Counted from the first letter of the stretch, positions 9,394 through 18,148 are shown. The stretch is 64,000 nt of DNA from an uncultured Enterobacterales bacterium (GCA_964599085.1 CAZRFD010000026.1:1982-65981), one strand, 5' to 3'. Translations and numbers: made by a program. Notes: generated by a model not told the origin, from the letters alone.

Positions 9394-9493
9394 CGTTGTT
9401 CGGCACCGAACAGTGTAAGGCGTTGTGGAGTGCTGCGGGCTTCCAGCCGAACACGGGTAGGCTATCGTCGCCGAACGCTGTTCGGCAGCCGCG
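9394..9493. terminator. Convergent intergenic region with two near-identical palindromes (TGTTCGGCACCGAACA and GCCGAACGCTGTTCGGC) plus a half-site; probable bidirectional terminator or protein-binding site
   Basis: Seen directly between the converging stops of the radical-SAM gene (9393) and the NACHT gene (9494). GTTCGG/CCGAAC arms recur three times within about 90 nt. Coordinates approximate. Confidence 0.35.
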
Positions 9494-11437
9494 TCAACCC
9501 CTGGTGTGCGGGGGGCGCAGCAGGCCGTCCTCGGGCGTGTAGCAGACGCCGTGTTCGTCGACGACGCGCCACTGCAGCCCATGCGGGATCCGGTCGACGT
9601 CGGTGTCGACCAGGAAGACCGTGCGGGCGATCGGTGCCGGTGCCGGCTGCGGACTGCCCAGCAGTGGGGCGAGGGTGCCGACGTCGGGGCGCTGGCAGAG
9701 GTAGATGGCGGCGATGTCGGGGGAGGGGACCGACAGTGCTGCGCCGGGGGGGAGCTCCGCGACCCGCGTGGCGTCGGCGACGACCCAGTCCGGCCAGGCG
9801 TCGCCGTCGTCGCCACCGCGGAGGCGCCAGACATCGCTGTACACCTCGGCGAGGCGGAGGTGTTCGAGGCGGCGGGCCGCCCGCTCGGCGAACAGCTCGT
9901 CGCCGAGGCGGGCGGCGAGCGCGGGCTGTTCGTCGCCCAGCACGTCGAGGAGGAGGGCGACGGTGGTGCCGCCGGCCGACCGGAAGATCCACCGGCGCAG
10001 CTCGCCGGCTGCGCGGTCGGCGCGGGCCGGGTCCGCCCAGGCCGCCCGCAGGCGATCGAGGAAGGCCGAGGCGGCGAGCCAGTCCTGCAGCAGCAGGTGG
10101 GCGAAGGCCACGCGGTCGTGGTCGCGGGGGACCAGCAGGCCCGAGCGGCGCACGGTCCCGTCGAGCAGGGCCCGGGCGACACCGTCGGGGTCGGTGGGAT
10201 GCCCCGCCGCGGTCACCAGCCTGTCGGCGTGGCGCGAGATGGTCTGCCGCGCGCGCTCGCGGGACCAGGTGGTGCCCACCTGGAGCTGGTCGACCGGGTC
10301 GTCGTCGGTGCCGCTGGACGAGTCCAGGGCCGTGCCGTCGAGGTCCGCGATGTCGGCGCGGCTGGCCCCCCACACCCGACGGCGGTTCATGGTCAGCGCC
10401 AGCTCCTGCAGGAGCCGGCGGCGGGCGGAGAGCGACAGTGCCGCGACGAGGGCCGGTCCGGTCTCGACGAGCACGGCGTCGACGACGCGGCCGAGGAGCT
10501 CGCTGCGACGCCGGGGCAGCAGGCCGAAGCGTCGATGGACCAGCGCCAGCAGCGTGAGAAGCAGCGGGTTGCCGGCGACGAAGGCCATGCCGGGGTCGGC
10601 GTCGATGGCCGACAGCAGCGCCGAGGAGAGGCGGTCGGCGTCATCGGGCGTGCGCCAGCGGTGCCAGCGCAGCGTCAGGGCGGCCCGGGCCTGGGGCGAC
10701 AGCGGCGTGATGCGGGCGGTGACGAGGTCGGTCGCCGTGGCGCCCTCGGCCAGGGGGACCTCGGCGGTGCCGCGCGGACGACTGGTGAGCAGGAAGCTGG
10801 ACCGTGGGTAGCGGGCCATGCCGTCGAGCAAGGCGGCGCGGAGTCCGCGGCGGAGCGTGGTGTCGGCCACCTCGTCCCAGCCATCGACCAGCATCATGAG
10901 CTGGCCGGCAGCACCCATGGCGTCGATCCGCTCCCGCAGCCCCGCGGGCCAGTCGGGGGCAGCGCTGAGCAGGCCGACCAGGGCGTCCCAGGTGTCGGTG
11001 TCGTCGGTGATCGGCAGATCGCGGAGGATGATCGGCAGCGGGATCAGGACGCCGATGCGCGCGTGCAGGGCGTTGCGGGCACGCTCGGCCAGCGTCCAGG
11101 ACAGCCACTGCACGAAGGTGGACTTGCCGGTGCCGGCGGTGCCCAGCAGCAGCACCCGCTTCCGGGCGGCCACCAGCAGCTCAAGCTGGTCGGTGCGGCC
11201 GCGGCGGGTGCCTCCATCGCCACCGGGCTGCTCCCAGTCCACGGAGGGCGGCACGTAGAGCTGGTCGATGGGGAAGTCTGCCCGCTCGTCGGCCCGGTCC
11301 AGGGCCAGCGTGTTGACGGTGCGGAAGCGCCGCCGCAGGGCGAGCAACCACGCGAGCACGGGCTCGTCGTTGTCCCGGTCGAGGAAGCGGTCGTACTCGG
11401 CCGGGGCGACGGGAGGCAGGGGCGGCCAGGTCGTCAC
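9494..11437 (-). CDS. NACHT-family STAND NTPase (no recognisable effector or repeat-sensor domain)
   Basis: GTG start overlaps the KAP gene stop (GTGA). Walker A VLLLGTAGTGKST, Walker B LMMLVDGWDEV, sensor-1 FLLTSRP, NACHT winged-helix motif VAFAHLLLQDWLAA. About 95 aa precede the P-loop and about 200 aa of unassigned C-terminus follow. ORF-track N-terminal extension (9494..12010) rejected because it overlaps the upstream KAP gene. Confidence 0.8.
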   Translation of the reverse strand: MTTWPPLPPVAPAEYDRFLDRDNDEPVLAWLLALRRRFRTVNTLALDRADERADFPIDQLYVPPSVDWEQPGGDGGTRRGRTDQLELLVAARKRVLLLGTAGTGKSTFVQWLSWTLAERARNALHARIGVLIPLPIILRDLPITDDTDTWDALVGLLSAAPDWPAGLRERIDAMGAAGQLMMLVDGWDEVADTTLRRGLRAALLDGMARYPRSSFLLTSRPRGTAEVPLAEGATATDLVTARITPLSPQARAALTLRWHRWRTPDDADRLSSALLSAIDADPGMAFVAGNPLLLTLLALVHRRFGLLPRRRSELLGRVVDAVLVETGPALVAALSLSARRRLLQELALTMNRRRVWGASRADIADLDGTALDSSSGTDDDPVDQLQVGTTWSRERARQTISRHADRLVTAAGHPTDPDGVARALLDGTVRRSGLLVPRDHDRVAFAHLLLQDWLAASAFLDRLRAAWADPARADRAAGELRRWIFRSAGGTTVALLLDVLGDEQPALAARLGDELFAERAARRLEHLRLAEVYSDVWRLRGGDDGDAWPDWVVADATRVAELPPGAALSVPSPDIAAIYLCQRPDVGTLAPLLGSPQPAPAPIARTVFLVDTDVDRIPHGLQWRVVDEHGVCYTPEDGLLRPPHTRG

Positions 11438-12813
11438 CGGGGCCGCTCCTCTCCGAGGTCCGCGGCTTCGACGGGGGCGGTCGGTGCGGGCGCTGGCGCG
11501 GCGCTGCGGCGAGTCGGCTCCCGACCCTGGAGCAGGCGGTACAGCTCCTGCTGGCGCGGGGTGGGGTGTCGCCGGACGAGGCGCGCGGCCCGAAACACCG
11601 ACACGTCCCCGGGATCGTGGAAGGTGGTGCCTTCTTCCGCCGTGAGCAGCGCGGTCCCGGTCGCGGGGTCCGCGGGTGCGATCCGGTCGGGCACGGTCAG
11701 CCCGGCGAAGACCGCGTGCCGGCGCTTCAGCACGGGCCCCTCTTCCGAGAACGCGTGGATCTCGGCCCAGAAGGCGGGGTTGGCTTCCAGCACCCGGTAG
11801 ATGGCGGGGTGGAAGGTCTGCAGCGCCTGGATGGTGCTGGCCAGCGAGATGTCGGGCGCTGCCCCGCCGAAGGTCCGGCGGTAGCCGTCGACGCGGCCGT
11901 GCAGCTCGACCATGAAGCGCTTGAGCTTGCGGGGGTTGGGCGGGAGGAAGTCCAGCGCGTCCTGGAGTTGGGCGATCTGCGCAGCGGCGCCGTCGCCGTC
12001 CGGCCAGCACGCCGACAGCAGGGGGCGCAGGTCGGGGGCCAGCGGCAGCGAGCGGACCGACTGGAAGAGCTTGTCGCTGTACTCGGCGGCGTCCAGCTCG
12101 GCCCGGGCCAGGCTGGCGGCGTCCGCGGCCGGGAAGAGCTTGCGCTGCAGGGCGCGGACGACGGCGCGCCGGTCGGCGGCGATCACGAAGACGCAGTTGT
12201 CGGCGTTGAGGTAGAGCTTGAGCCCCTCCAGCAGGCGGACGACGGCGTCGTCCCCGCAGCGGTCCAGGTCGTCGATCAGCACCACCAGCTTGCTGTGGTC
12301 GTCGGTCAGGGCGGCGATGGCCTGCTGGAAGGCGCTGCGGAAGGCTTCGCTGGTGAGCGGCACCGCGAAGCTGGACTGCTCGATGCGCTCGCCCTCGGCC
12401 CGGGCCGTCGCCACGACACCGTCGCGCTTGCTGCCGAGGCCTGAGAGCGTGTTGGCGAGGTCTTCGAGGAGGCGCAGGCCGGTGTAGGCCGTCACCGTGC
12501 TGAGCTTGCCGGCTTCATCCCAGGCCCGCCGCGACAGCGCGAGCTGGTCGCGGATGGAGTGGAGGAGCGCGACGGCCGGCTGGGCCTCGAACTGGTGGCG
12601 CCAGGCTTCGAAGAAGACGACCGTGCACTTGCGCGAGGTGTGGGGCAGCCGTTCGCCGAGCATGCGCAGGAAGCTGGTCTTGCCCGCACCCCAGTCGCCG
12701 TGGATGCCGAGCACGTAGGGGGGCGTGCAGGTGGCGATGAGATCGGCGATCTCGTCGGCGAGGGGGCCGCGGCCGAGGCGGTCTTCTGTCGTCGGTTCGT
12801 CGTTGAGCAGCAC
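11434..12813 (-). CDS. KAP-family P-loop NTPase (PifA / Kidins220 family)
   Basis: GTG start (VLLNDEP...) with GGAG about 9 nt upstream, 23 nt after the upstream gene stop. Walker A LGIHGDWGAGKTSFLRML. KAP-diagnostic Walker B VVLIDDLDRC. The Arg/Pro-rich 233-aa N-terminal extension of ORF 11434..13512 overlaps the upstream gene and is rejected. Confidence 0.8.
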   Translation of the reverse strand: MLLNDEPTTEDRLGRGPLADEIADLIATCTPPYVLGIHGDWGAGKTSFLRMLGERLPHTSRKCTVVFFEAWRHQFEAQPAVALLHSIRDQLALSRRAWDEAGKLSTVTAYTGLRLLEDLANTLSGLGSKRDGVVATARAEGERIEQSSFAVPLTSEAFRSAFQQAIAALTDDHSKLVVLIDDLDRCGDDAVVRLLEGLKLYLNADNCVFVIAADRRAVVRALQRKLFPAADAASLARAELDAAEYSDKLFQSVRSLPLAPDLRPLLSACWPDGDGAAAQIAQLQDALDFLPPNPRKLKRFMVELHGRVDGYRRTFGGAAPDISLASTIQALQTFHPAIYRVLEANPAFWAEIHAFSEEGPVLKRRHAVFAGLTVPDRIAPADPATGTALLTAEEGTTFHDPGDVSVFRAARLVRRHPTPRQQELYRLLQGREPTRRSAAPAPAPTAPVEAADLGEERPR

Positions 12814-12836
12814 GGCAGGGACTCCAGGCGGGCAAC

Positions 12837-14192
12837 TTACCGCAGCAGCGGCGAGTGGCGCCGCAGGGCGTCGATCTCGCGCAGCAAGGCCTTGTGCCGT
12901 GGGAAGCGGCGGCGCATCGCCATCAGCGGGGCTTCGGCCTGGGGATCGTCGGCGGCGACACCGGCTTCGACGAGGGCGACGGTGAGCGCGCCGATGCGGG
13001 TGTAGGCGTCGCGCGCGCGGGCAGCGATCACGGCGCCGGCGAGCTCGATCAGCTCGTTGGCGGCGGAGATGCGCCAGGCGACGGCGTCGGTCAGCCAGGT
13101 GGGGTGCTGGGCGATCACCCGGTCCATGAGCTGCGACCAGCCGGGCGGGACGGGGTCCGGTGGGCGGGGTCGCCAGCGGCCGTCGTCGTCGGTGGCCCGC
13201 CAGATGCGCGAGACCAGCAGCGCTTCGTCGAGGTCGGCGCGCTGGGTCCCGACCCGCAGCAGGAAGGGGATCACCTGGGTGGCGGGGTGCTGGGTATCGG
13301 TCCACCAGGACCGGCGCTCGGCGGCCTGCAGGCGGGCCAGGGGCAGCTCGGCGTCGCCGCAGAGCAGCTCGATGCGGACCTGCAGGTCGGGGGCGATGGG
13401 GCGCTCGTCGGCGTAGGCGGCCTCCAGCTCCTCGGCGAACAAGCCCCCGGCGTGGGTGCCCGCGGCATCCCAGACCATGCAGAGGCCGGCGGTGCACAGC
13501 CGGGTCCGCCACACCTCGCGCCAGGCGCGGTGGGCGGCGTCGACGCGACCCAGGGCGGCGGCGGCCGTGCCCTCGCGCAGGCGGAGCTGCAGGCGGTGTC
13601 GGGGCCAGTACAGGCTGCGGGCGCCGCTGCTGGCGGCGCGGAGCAGCTCTTCGTGGCGCCCCTCCTCCTGCAGGGCGTCGAGCCAGGCCAGCCAGACGTC
13701 GATCTCGTCCGACTGCCGGGCCAGGCTGGCCAGCCCGTCCGCTCCCAGGTCCAGGCGGAGGGCTTCCCGGAGCAGCCGGCCGCGGTCGGACTCGTGGTGC
13801 CGCCAGCGCCCGCCCCAGTCGCCGAGCGCCCGGGTCCAGCCGGGCAGGGTCGCGGTCAGATCCGGCGGCGGTGCGGGCACGAGCCGGATGACATCGTGCA
13901 GCGACAGCGTGGGGCAGAGGTCCAGCACCTCGAGGAAGGCGCCCTCGATGGCTCGTACGCGCTGGCGCCGCGGGTGATCCTCCCAGGCGGCACGCACGAG
14001 GGCTGCGCTGCAGCGCTTGATGTCGTCTTCGTGGTGGAGCAGCAGGCCGGGCTCGGCGCCGCGCAGGCCGGCGAGGATCGCCGTGGAGATCGACCCGACC
14101 CGTGGCCAGTGCCGCACGCCGATGGCGGACTCCAGCGCGGCAAGGCGTTCGCGGAGGGCCTGCTCCCAGGCCTGGCGGGAGGGGTCCGACAT
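12837..14192 (-). CDS. Hypothetical all-helical protein (Leu/Ala/Arg-rich, TPR/HEAT-like by composition), first gene of the KAP-NACHT operon
   Basis: ATG (MSDPSRQAWEQALRERLAALES...) lies 8 nt after the dapB stop. 451 aa with no recognisable motif. The ORF-track start at 14330 would overlap dapB by 130 nt. Confidence 0.6.
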   Translation of the reverse strand: MSDPSRQAWEQALRERLAALESAIGVRHWPRVGSISTAILAGLRGAEPGLLLHHEDDIKRCSAALVRAAWEDHPRRQRVRAIEGAFLEVLDLCPTLSLHDVIRLVPAPPPDLTATLPGWTRALGDWGGRWRHHESDRGRLLREALRLDLGADGLASLARQSDEIDVWLAWLDALQEEGRHEELLRAASSGARSLYWPRHRLQLRLREGTAAAALGRVDAAHRAWREVWRTRLCTAGLCMVWDAAGTHAGGLFAEELEAAYADERPIAPDLQVRIELLCGDAELPLARLQAAERRSWWTDTQHPATQVIPFLLRVGTQRADLDEALLVSRIWRATDDDGRWRPRPPDPVPPGWSQLMDRVIAQHPTWLTDAVAWRISAANELIELAGAVIAARARDAYTRIGALTVALVEAGVAADDPQAEAPLMAMRRRFPRHKALLREIDALRRHSPLLR

Positions 14193-14200
14193 CGGGCTGC

Positions 14201-14830
14201 TCAGGGGCGGTACAGACCGGGGGGCTGGGTCATGAGCCAGCGCGCGTGGCGCACGGCGCCGATGGCGAAGACCTCGCGTCGGGTGGCGACGTGCTTGAGC
14301 TCGAGCCGCTCGCCTGGACCGGCCAGCCACACGGTGTGCTCGCCGACGGTGTCGCCCAGCCGCAGGCTGTGCCAGGGCACGTCGGGCCGGCCGGTGGCGG
14401 CGATCAGGCGCTTCGCCGTGCCGCTGGGCGCGTCCTTCTTGTGGGCGTGGTGGGCTTCGACCACTTCGATGGACCAGCCCTGTGGCAGCCGCGGGACGAG
14501 CTGCGCGAGGACGTCGGCCAGCAGTGGCACCCCGGCGGAGAAGTTGGGGACGATGGCGACCGGCGCGCGCGCCGCGTAGGCGGCGAGGGCGTCCAGCGGG
14601 AGCGCGCCGGTGGTCCCGACGAGGAGCGCCTGGCCGTCGAGGCGAGCCAGCAGCGCGGCGGTGCCGGCCGCCGAGCTGACGTCGATGACGAGGTCACAGG
14701 GCGGCAGGAAGCCGTCGCGGCCGACGGGGCCGGCGTAGTCTTCGCCCAGCTCGTGGACGATGAGCCGACCGAGGCGGCCGGTGGCGCCGTGTACGGCGAC
14801 CGGCCGACGGTCCTTCTGGGGGCGGGTCAT
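14201..14830 (-). CDS. dapB: 4-hydroxy-tetrahydrodipicolinate reductase (short form)
   Basis: N-terminal NAD(P) fold VAVHGATGRLGRLIV. Signature EAHHAHKKDAPSGTA. 209 aa. Confidence 0.85.
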   Translation of the reverse strand: MTRPQKDRRPVAVHGATGRLGRLIVHELGEDYAGPVGRDGFLPPCDLVIDVSSAAGTAALLARLDGQALLVGTTGALPLDALAAYAARAPVAIVPNFSAGVPLLADVLAQLVPRLPQGWSIEVVEAHHAHKKDAPSGTAKRLIAATGRPDVPWHSLRLGDTVGEHTVWLAGPGERLELKHVATRREVFAIGAVRHARWLMTQPPGLYRP

Positions 14831-14873
14831 GGGAGGCTCCCGGGCGTGGGTCCTTCCCCCTCCCTAAGCGCCC

Positions 14874-15767
14874 CTACTCCAGGCCGTCGAGCAGACCCGC
14901 GGGGGGCGATGCACCGGCCGCCAGGGGAAGCCGGACCGCGGCGTCGCACAGGCCCATGGCCGCCATGCCGGCCTTGACCGGGACGGGGTTGGTGTCCGAG
15001 AACAGCCAGCGCACCACCGGCTGCAGACGCTGGCGCAGCGCGCGCAGGGTCGCGACATCGCCGGTCCGTGCGGCGTCGCACCAGCGGACGGTCATGCGCG
15101 GGGCGAGGTTGCTGACCACGCTGATCACCCCGTGGCCGCCCATGGCGACCAACGGTGCGAAGGTGAAGTCGTCCCCGGACAGCAGGGTCACGGCTGCGCC
15201 GGAGGCGGCCCGCGCTTCGAGGGACTCCAGCAGCTCCAGGCCGTAGCCGACGTCGCCGGTGGCTTCCTTGACCGCGACGACGCCGGGGGTGGCACACAGC
15301 TCGGCGAGCTGGCCACAGGGCAGCCGCTGTCCGGTGCGGCCGGGCACGTGGTAGAGCACGACCGGCAGGCCAGCGGAGCATGCGCGCTGCACGTGGGCGG
15401 CGAGGCCGCGGGGGTTCGGCTTGTTGTAGTAGGGGAAGACGACGAGGCCGGCGTCGACCCCAAGCTCGGCAGCGGCGTCGATGTTGGCGAGGGTGGCGGC
15501 CGTGCTGTTGGAGCCCACGCCGGCGATGACCGGGACCTTGCGGCCGGTCTCTGCGTGGTGGCGCGCCGCGGCGTCCACGGCGGTGCGGACCACGGCGGCC
15601 CACTCGGTCGGTGACAGGGTGGGGGTCTCGCCGGTGGTGCCGCAGGGCACGAGCCCGGCGATCCCGGCGTCGAGCTGGCGGTCGCACAAGGCGCGGGTGG
15701 CGTCGAGGTCGACGTCGCCGGCGCGGAAGGGGGTGACCAGGGCGGTCAGGACGCCGGTGAGCTGCAC
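14874..15767 (-). CDS. dapA: 4-hydroxy-tetrahydrodipicolinate synthase
   Basis: TALVTPF, GTTGE, YNKP, and the active-site lysine in KEATGD. 297 aa. Confidence 0.9.
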   Translation of the reverse strand: MQLTGVLTALVTPFRAGDVDLDATRALCDRQLDAGIAGLVPCGTTGETPTLSPTEWAAVVRTAVDAAARHHAETGRKVPVIAGVGSNSTAATLANIDAAAELGVDAGLVVFPYYNKPNPRGLAAHVQRACSAGLPVVLYHVPGRTGQRLPCGQLAELCATPGVVAVKEATGDVGYGLELLESLEARAASGAAVTLLSGDDFTFAPLVAMGGHGVISVVSNLAPRMTVRWCDAARTGDVATLRALRQRLQPVVRWLFSDTNPVPVKAGMAAMGLCDAAVRLPLAAGASPPAGLLDGLE

Positions 15768-15782
15768 GCCGGACTCCAGGGT

Positions 15783-17153
15783 TCAGAAGGAGACGGTGCT
15801 CTGGAGGCGGACGCCGAAGGCGGTGCTGTCGAAGCCGCCGCCCAGCGTGTCGTCTTCGTAGTTCTTGTAGTACTTGCCGGGGAAGAAGGTCCCGAAGATG
15901 CCCTGCACGCCGAAGTGATCGAAGGGGTTGTAGTCGACCTGCAGGTCGAGCTCGCTGCCGTAGCCCTTGTTGGCGCTGTCGGCTTCCGGCAAGCGGGCGG
16001 CCTGGGCGGCGAACAGGCTGAGCCGGGCGGAGAGGTCGTCACGCACCCGGTAGCCGACGGTCGGCTTGAGGTAGACGGCGTTGGACAGGCCGTTGGCCGT
16101 TCGCACGGCGTCGGTGTTCAACCCCTGGTTGTTGTCGTTGTTCACCGACGCGCCCAGCAGCGGCATGGGCTGCTCGAACATCAGCAGGGCGACATCGAAG
16201 TCCGGGTCGAAGGCGAAGGTGTGGAGCTTCTTGTCGTCGGTGGACTTGTCGCCGCTGGCCAGGCCCAGCCCCACCCCGAAGATCAGCTTGTCGGCGTCGA
16301 CCTGGGCGTCGAGCATGGCGCCGAAGGCGCTGATGCTGACGTCGTTGGCGCCGGTGTCCAGGTCACCGGAGCCGAGCACCGAGGCGAATTCTCCCTCCAC
16401 CCGCACCGGACCGAGGGTGGCCTTGCCCCAGATGTCGCCGATGAACAGGCCGACCTGGTTGCCGTCGTAGTTCTGCCAGCGGTAGGTCCCGTAGCCGCCG
16501 ACGCTGGCCTGTTCGGTGAGGTGGGCGACGCTGGCCGTGACCGAGGGCATGTCGTCGCCCTCGCCCAGGTAGCCCTCGGAGGGGACGCCGTAGGCGCCCA
16601 TGACGTAGAGCGGGCCGGCCTTCCCGGTGAACTGGATGCGGTCTTCGGTGTCGCCTTGGTCGTTGCTGGGATCGTTGCCGGCGTTGAACACCATGCCGGA
16701 CCCCCACTGGACCGGCATCCGCCCGAAGCGCAGGCGTCCGATGTCGTGGAACCAGACTTCTCCCCACAGGCGGGAGAGCTTGATGTTCTGCAGCGTCGCG
16801 GCATCGTCGCCCGTGGTGGGAGGCTGCACGGCCTGGCTGTAGACCAGCGGCAGGTCGGAGCCGGTCGCCAGGTCGGTCATGGTGACCGGCGCGTCGCCCC
16901 AGACCACCGAGGGCAGCAGGTCGAGCTGGGTGTACAGCCCGACGTTTTCGGAGAGCAGGAAGCCCGGGCGCAGGCGCGCCTTGTGTTCGAACCACGACGA
17001 CGATCCGAGGGCGTTCGTGTTCGTGTCCGACAGGGACAGGCTGTTGTAGTAGTGGCCCTCGGCCCGGTAGTGTCCGTCCCAGACGACTTCGACGGCGGCC
17101 GCCGGAGTGCTGGCGAGGAGCGCGAGCGGGAGGAGCATGCGGGGAGCGTTCAT
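15783..17153 (-). CDS. Outer-membrane beta-barrel protein (porin-like), signal-peptide bearing
   Basis: Start at internal Met MNAPRMLLPLALLASTPAAAVEV (signal peptide). Alternating beta-strand pattern; C-terminal ...GVRLQSTVSF with terminal Phe typical of OMPs. Stop 15 nt before dapA start. Confidence 0.7.
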   Translation of the reverse strand: MNAPRMLLPLALLASTPAAAVEVVWDGHYRAEGHYYNSLSLSDTNTNALGSSSWFEHKARLRPGFLLSENVGLYTQLDLLPSVVWGDAPVTMTDLATGSDLPLVYSQAVQPPTTGDDAATLQNIKLSRLWGEVWFHDIGRLRFGRMPVQWGSGMVFNAGNDPSNDQGDTEDRIQFTGKAGPLYVMGAYGVPSEGYLGEGDDMPSVTASVAHLTEQASVGGYGTYRWQNYDGNQVGLFIGDIWGKATLGPVRVEGEFASVLGSGDLDTGANDVSISAFGAMLDAQVDADKLIFGVGLGLASGDKSTDDKKLHTFAFDPDFDVALLMFEQPMPLLGASVNNDNNQGLNTDAVRTANGLSNAVYLKPTVGYRVRDDLSARLSLFAAQAARLPEADSANKGYGSELDLQVDYNPFDHFGVQGIFGTFFPGKYYKNYEDDTLGGGFDSTAFGVRLQSTVSF

Positions 17154-17345
17154 GGGGTCGCTTTGCTCGCGTCGAACGTGCTTGCAGCGCCACCAGGCGC
17201 GAAGCGTGACGGGGGCCCGGAGGGTTAGCCTGCGGACCGGAGTGCGGCAAAGCTGGCCCTGGCTGGGCCGAGCGTCGGCGGCGACGCTCGCGGCACGAGC
17301 CTCCGCCCCGGCTATGATGCGTCGAAGAGGAGGCGGCACGACCTG

Positions 17346-17591
17346 ATGCTCTCGCTGCTCAAGACCCTGTGGCGCGGCTGGAAGGGCTTCGCGCACAAGC
17401 TGGTGGCCGGCCAGAGCTGGTTGCTCATGGCCATCGCCTACATCGTCGCCATGGGCCCGGCGTCGATCTTCATCAAGCTCAACAAGGAACGGCGCCTGGA
17501 CCGCGCACCGGCGGACCCGGGAGCTGCCACCTACGGCCTGACCGTCGAACACCGCCCGCCCGATGTCCGCCGGGCGCAGCGACCCTGGTAG
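17346..17591 (+). CDS. Small hypothetical membrane protein
   Basis: AGGAGG about 12 nt upstream; one predicted TM (SWLLMAIAYIVAMGPASIFI). 81 aa, no homology recognised. Confidence 0.35.
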   Translation: MLSLLKTLWRGWKGFAHKLVAGQSWLLMAIAYIVAMGPASIFIKLNKERRLDRAPADPGAATYGLTVEHRPPDVRRAQRPW

Positions 17592-17657
17592 GGGGCGCGG
17601 GTTGCCAGGCGAGCGGCGCCGCGTCGACGACGCCCCGGGACGTGGCCGTCGGGCCGC

Positions 17658-17846
17658 TCAGATCACCGTGTAGATGAACGGCAGGATGGGCGAGGACTCG
17701 GCGAAGATGATGAAGGCCACCATCAGGGCCAGGACCACCACGATGGGCGTCATCCACCAGGCCTTGTTGTGCACGATGAAGTCGAGGAATTCCCGAGCGA
17801 TGCCCTGGCGTTCGTTGGGGATGATCTCGTTGTTCTCTGCAGACAC
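17658..17846 (-). CDS. Small hypothetical membrane protein (62 aa)
   Basis: GTG start with strong AGGAAG SD 6 nt upstream. Local GC lower than surroundings. Hydrophobic C-terminus WWMTPIVVVLALMVAFIIFAESSPILPFIYTVI. Confidence 0.5.
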   Translation of the reverse strand: MSAENNEIIPNERQGIAREFLDFIVHNKAWWMTPIVVVLALMVAFIIFAESSPILPFIYTVI

Positions 17847-18148
17847 GGAGGGCTTCCTGGAGGGGGCTTCCTGGGGGGAGATCCGTAGCCGGCCGCCACC
17901 GCGACCGGGGCTTCTGTGGGGAGGGTAGCACGGGGGGAAGAGGCTCACAGAGGGGGCTGCCCCGGGATCTTGCGGCGCCCCACCAGCAGCGGCTGGCCAT
18001 CCGGTGGTGCTCGCGGGTCGAGAGCCTGGGGCCACTGCGGGACCCGAGTCGCGCTGGCGGCGCGCGTCCGGGCGCCACACTCGGGGGGTGACAGGCCATC
18101 ACCCCGCCTTGGTGGCGTCGCCGCTCTCTCGAGGCGAGGGGGCCCGGA

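Noticed and set aside
7213-10182. 989-aa minus-strand ORF spanning the radical-SAM gene and part of the NACHT gene; 9506..11800+ and 9430..10557+
   Set aside because: It crosses an intergenic palindrome region and two well-supported genes on opposite strands. The composition is an antisense artefact.
12855-14579. 574-aa plus-strand ORF antisense to the helical protein and dapB
   Set aside because: Overlaps dapB (strong motif support) on the opposite strand; Gly/Ala/Pro-rich.
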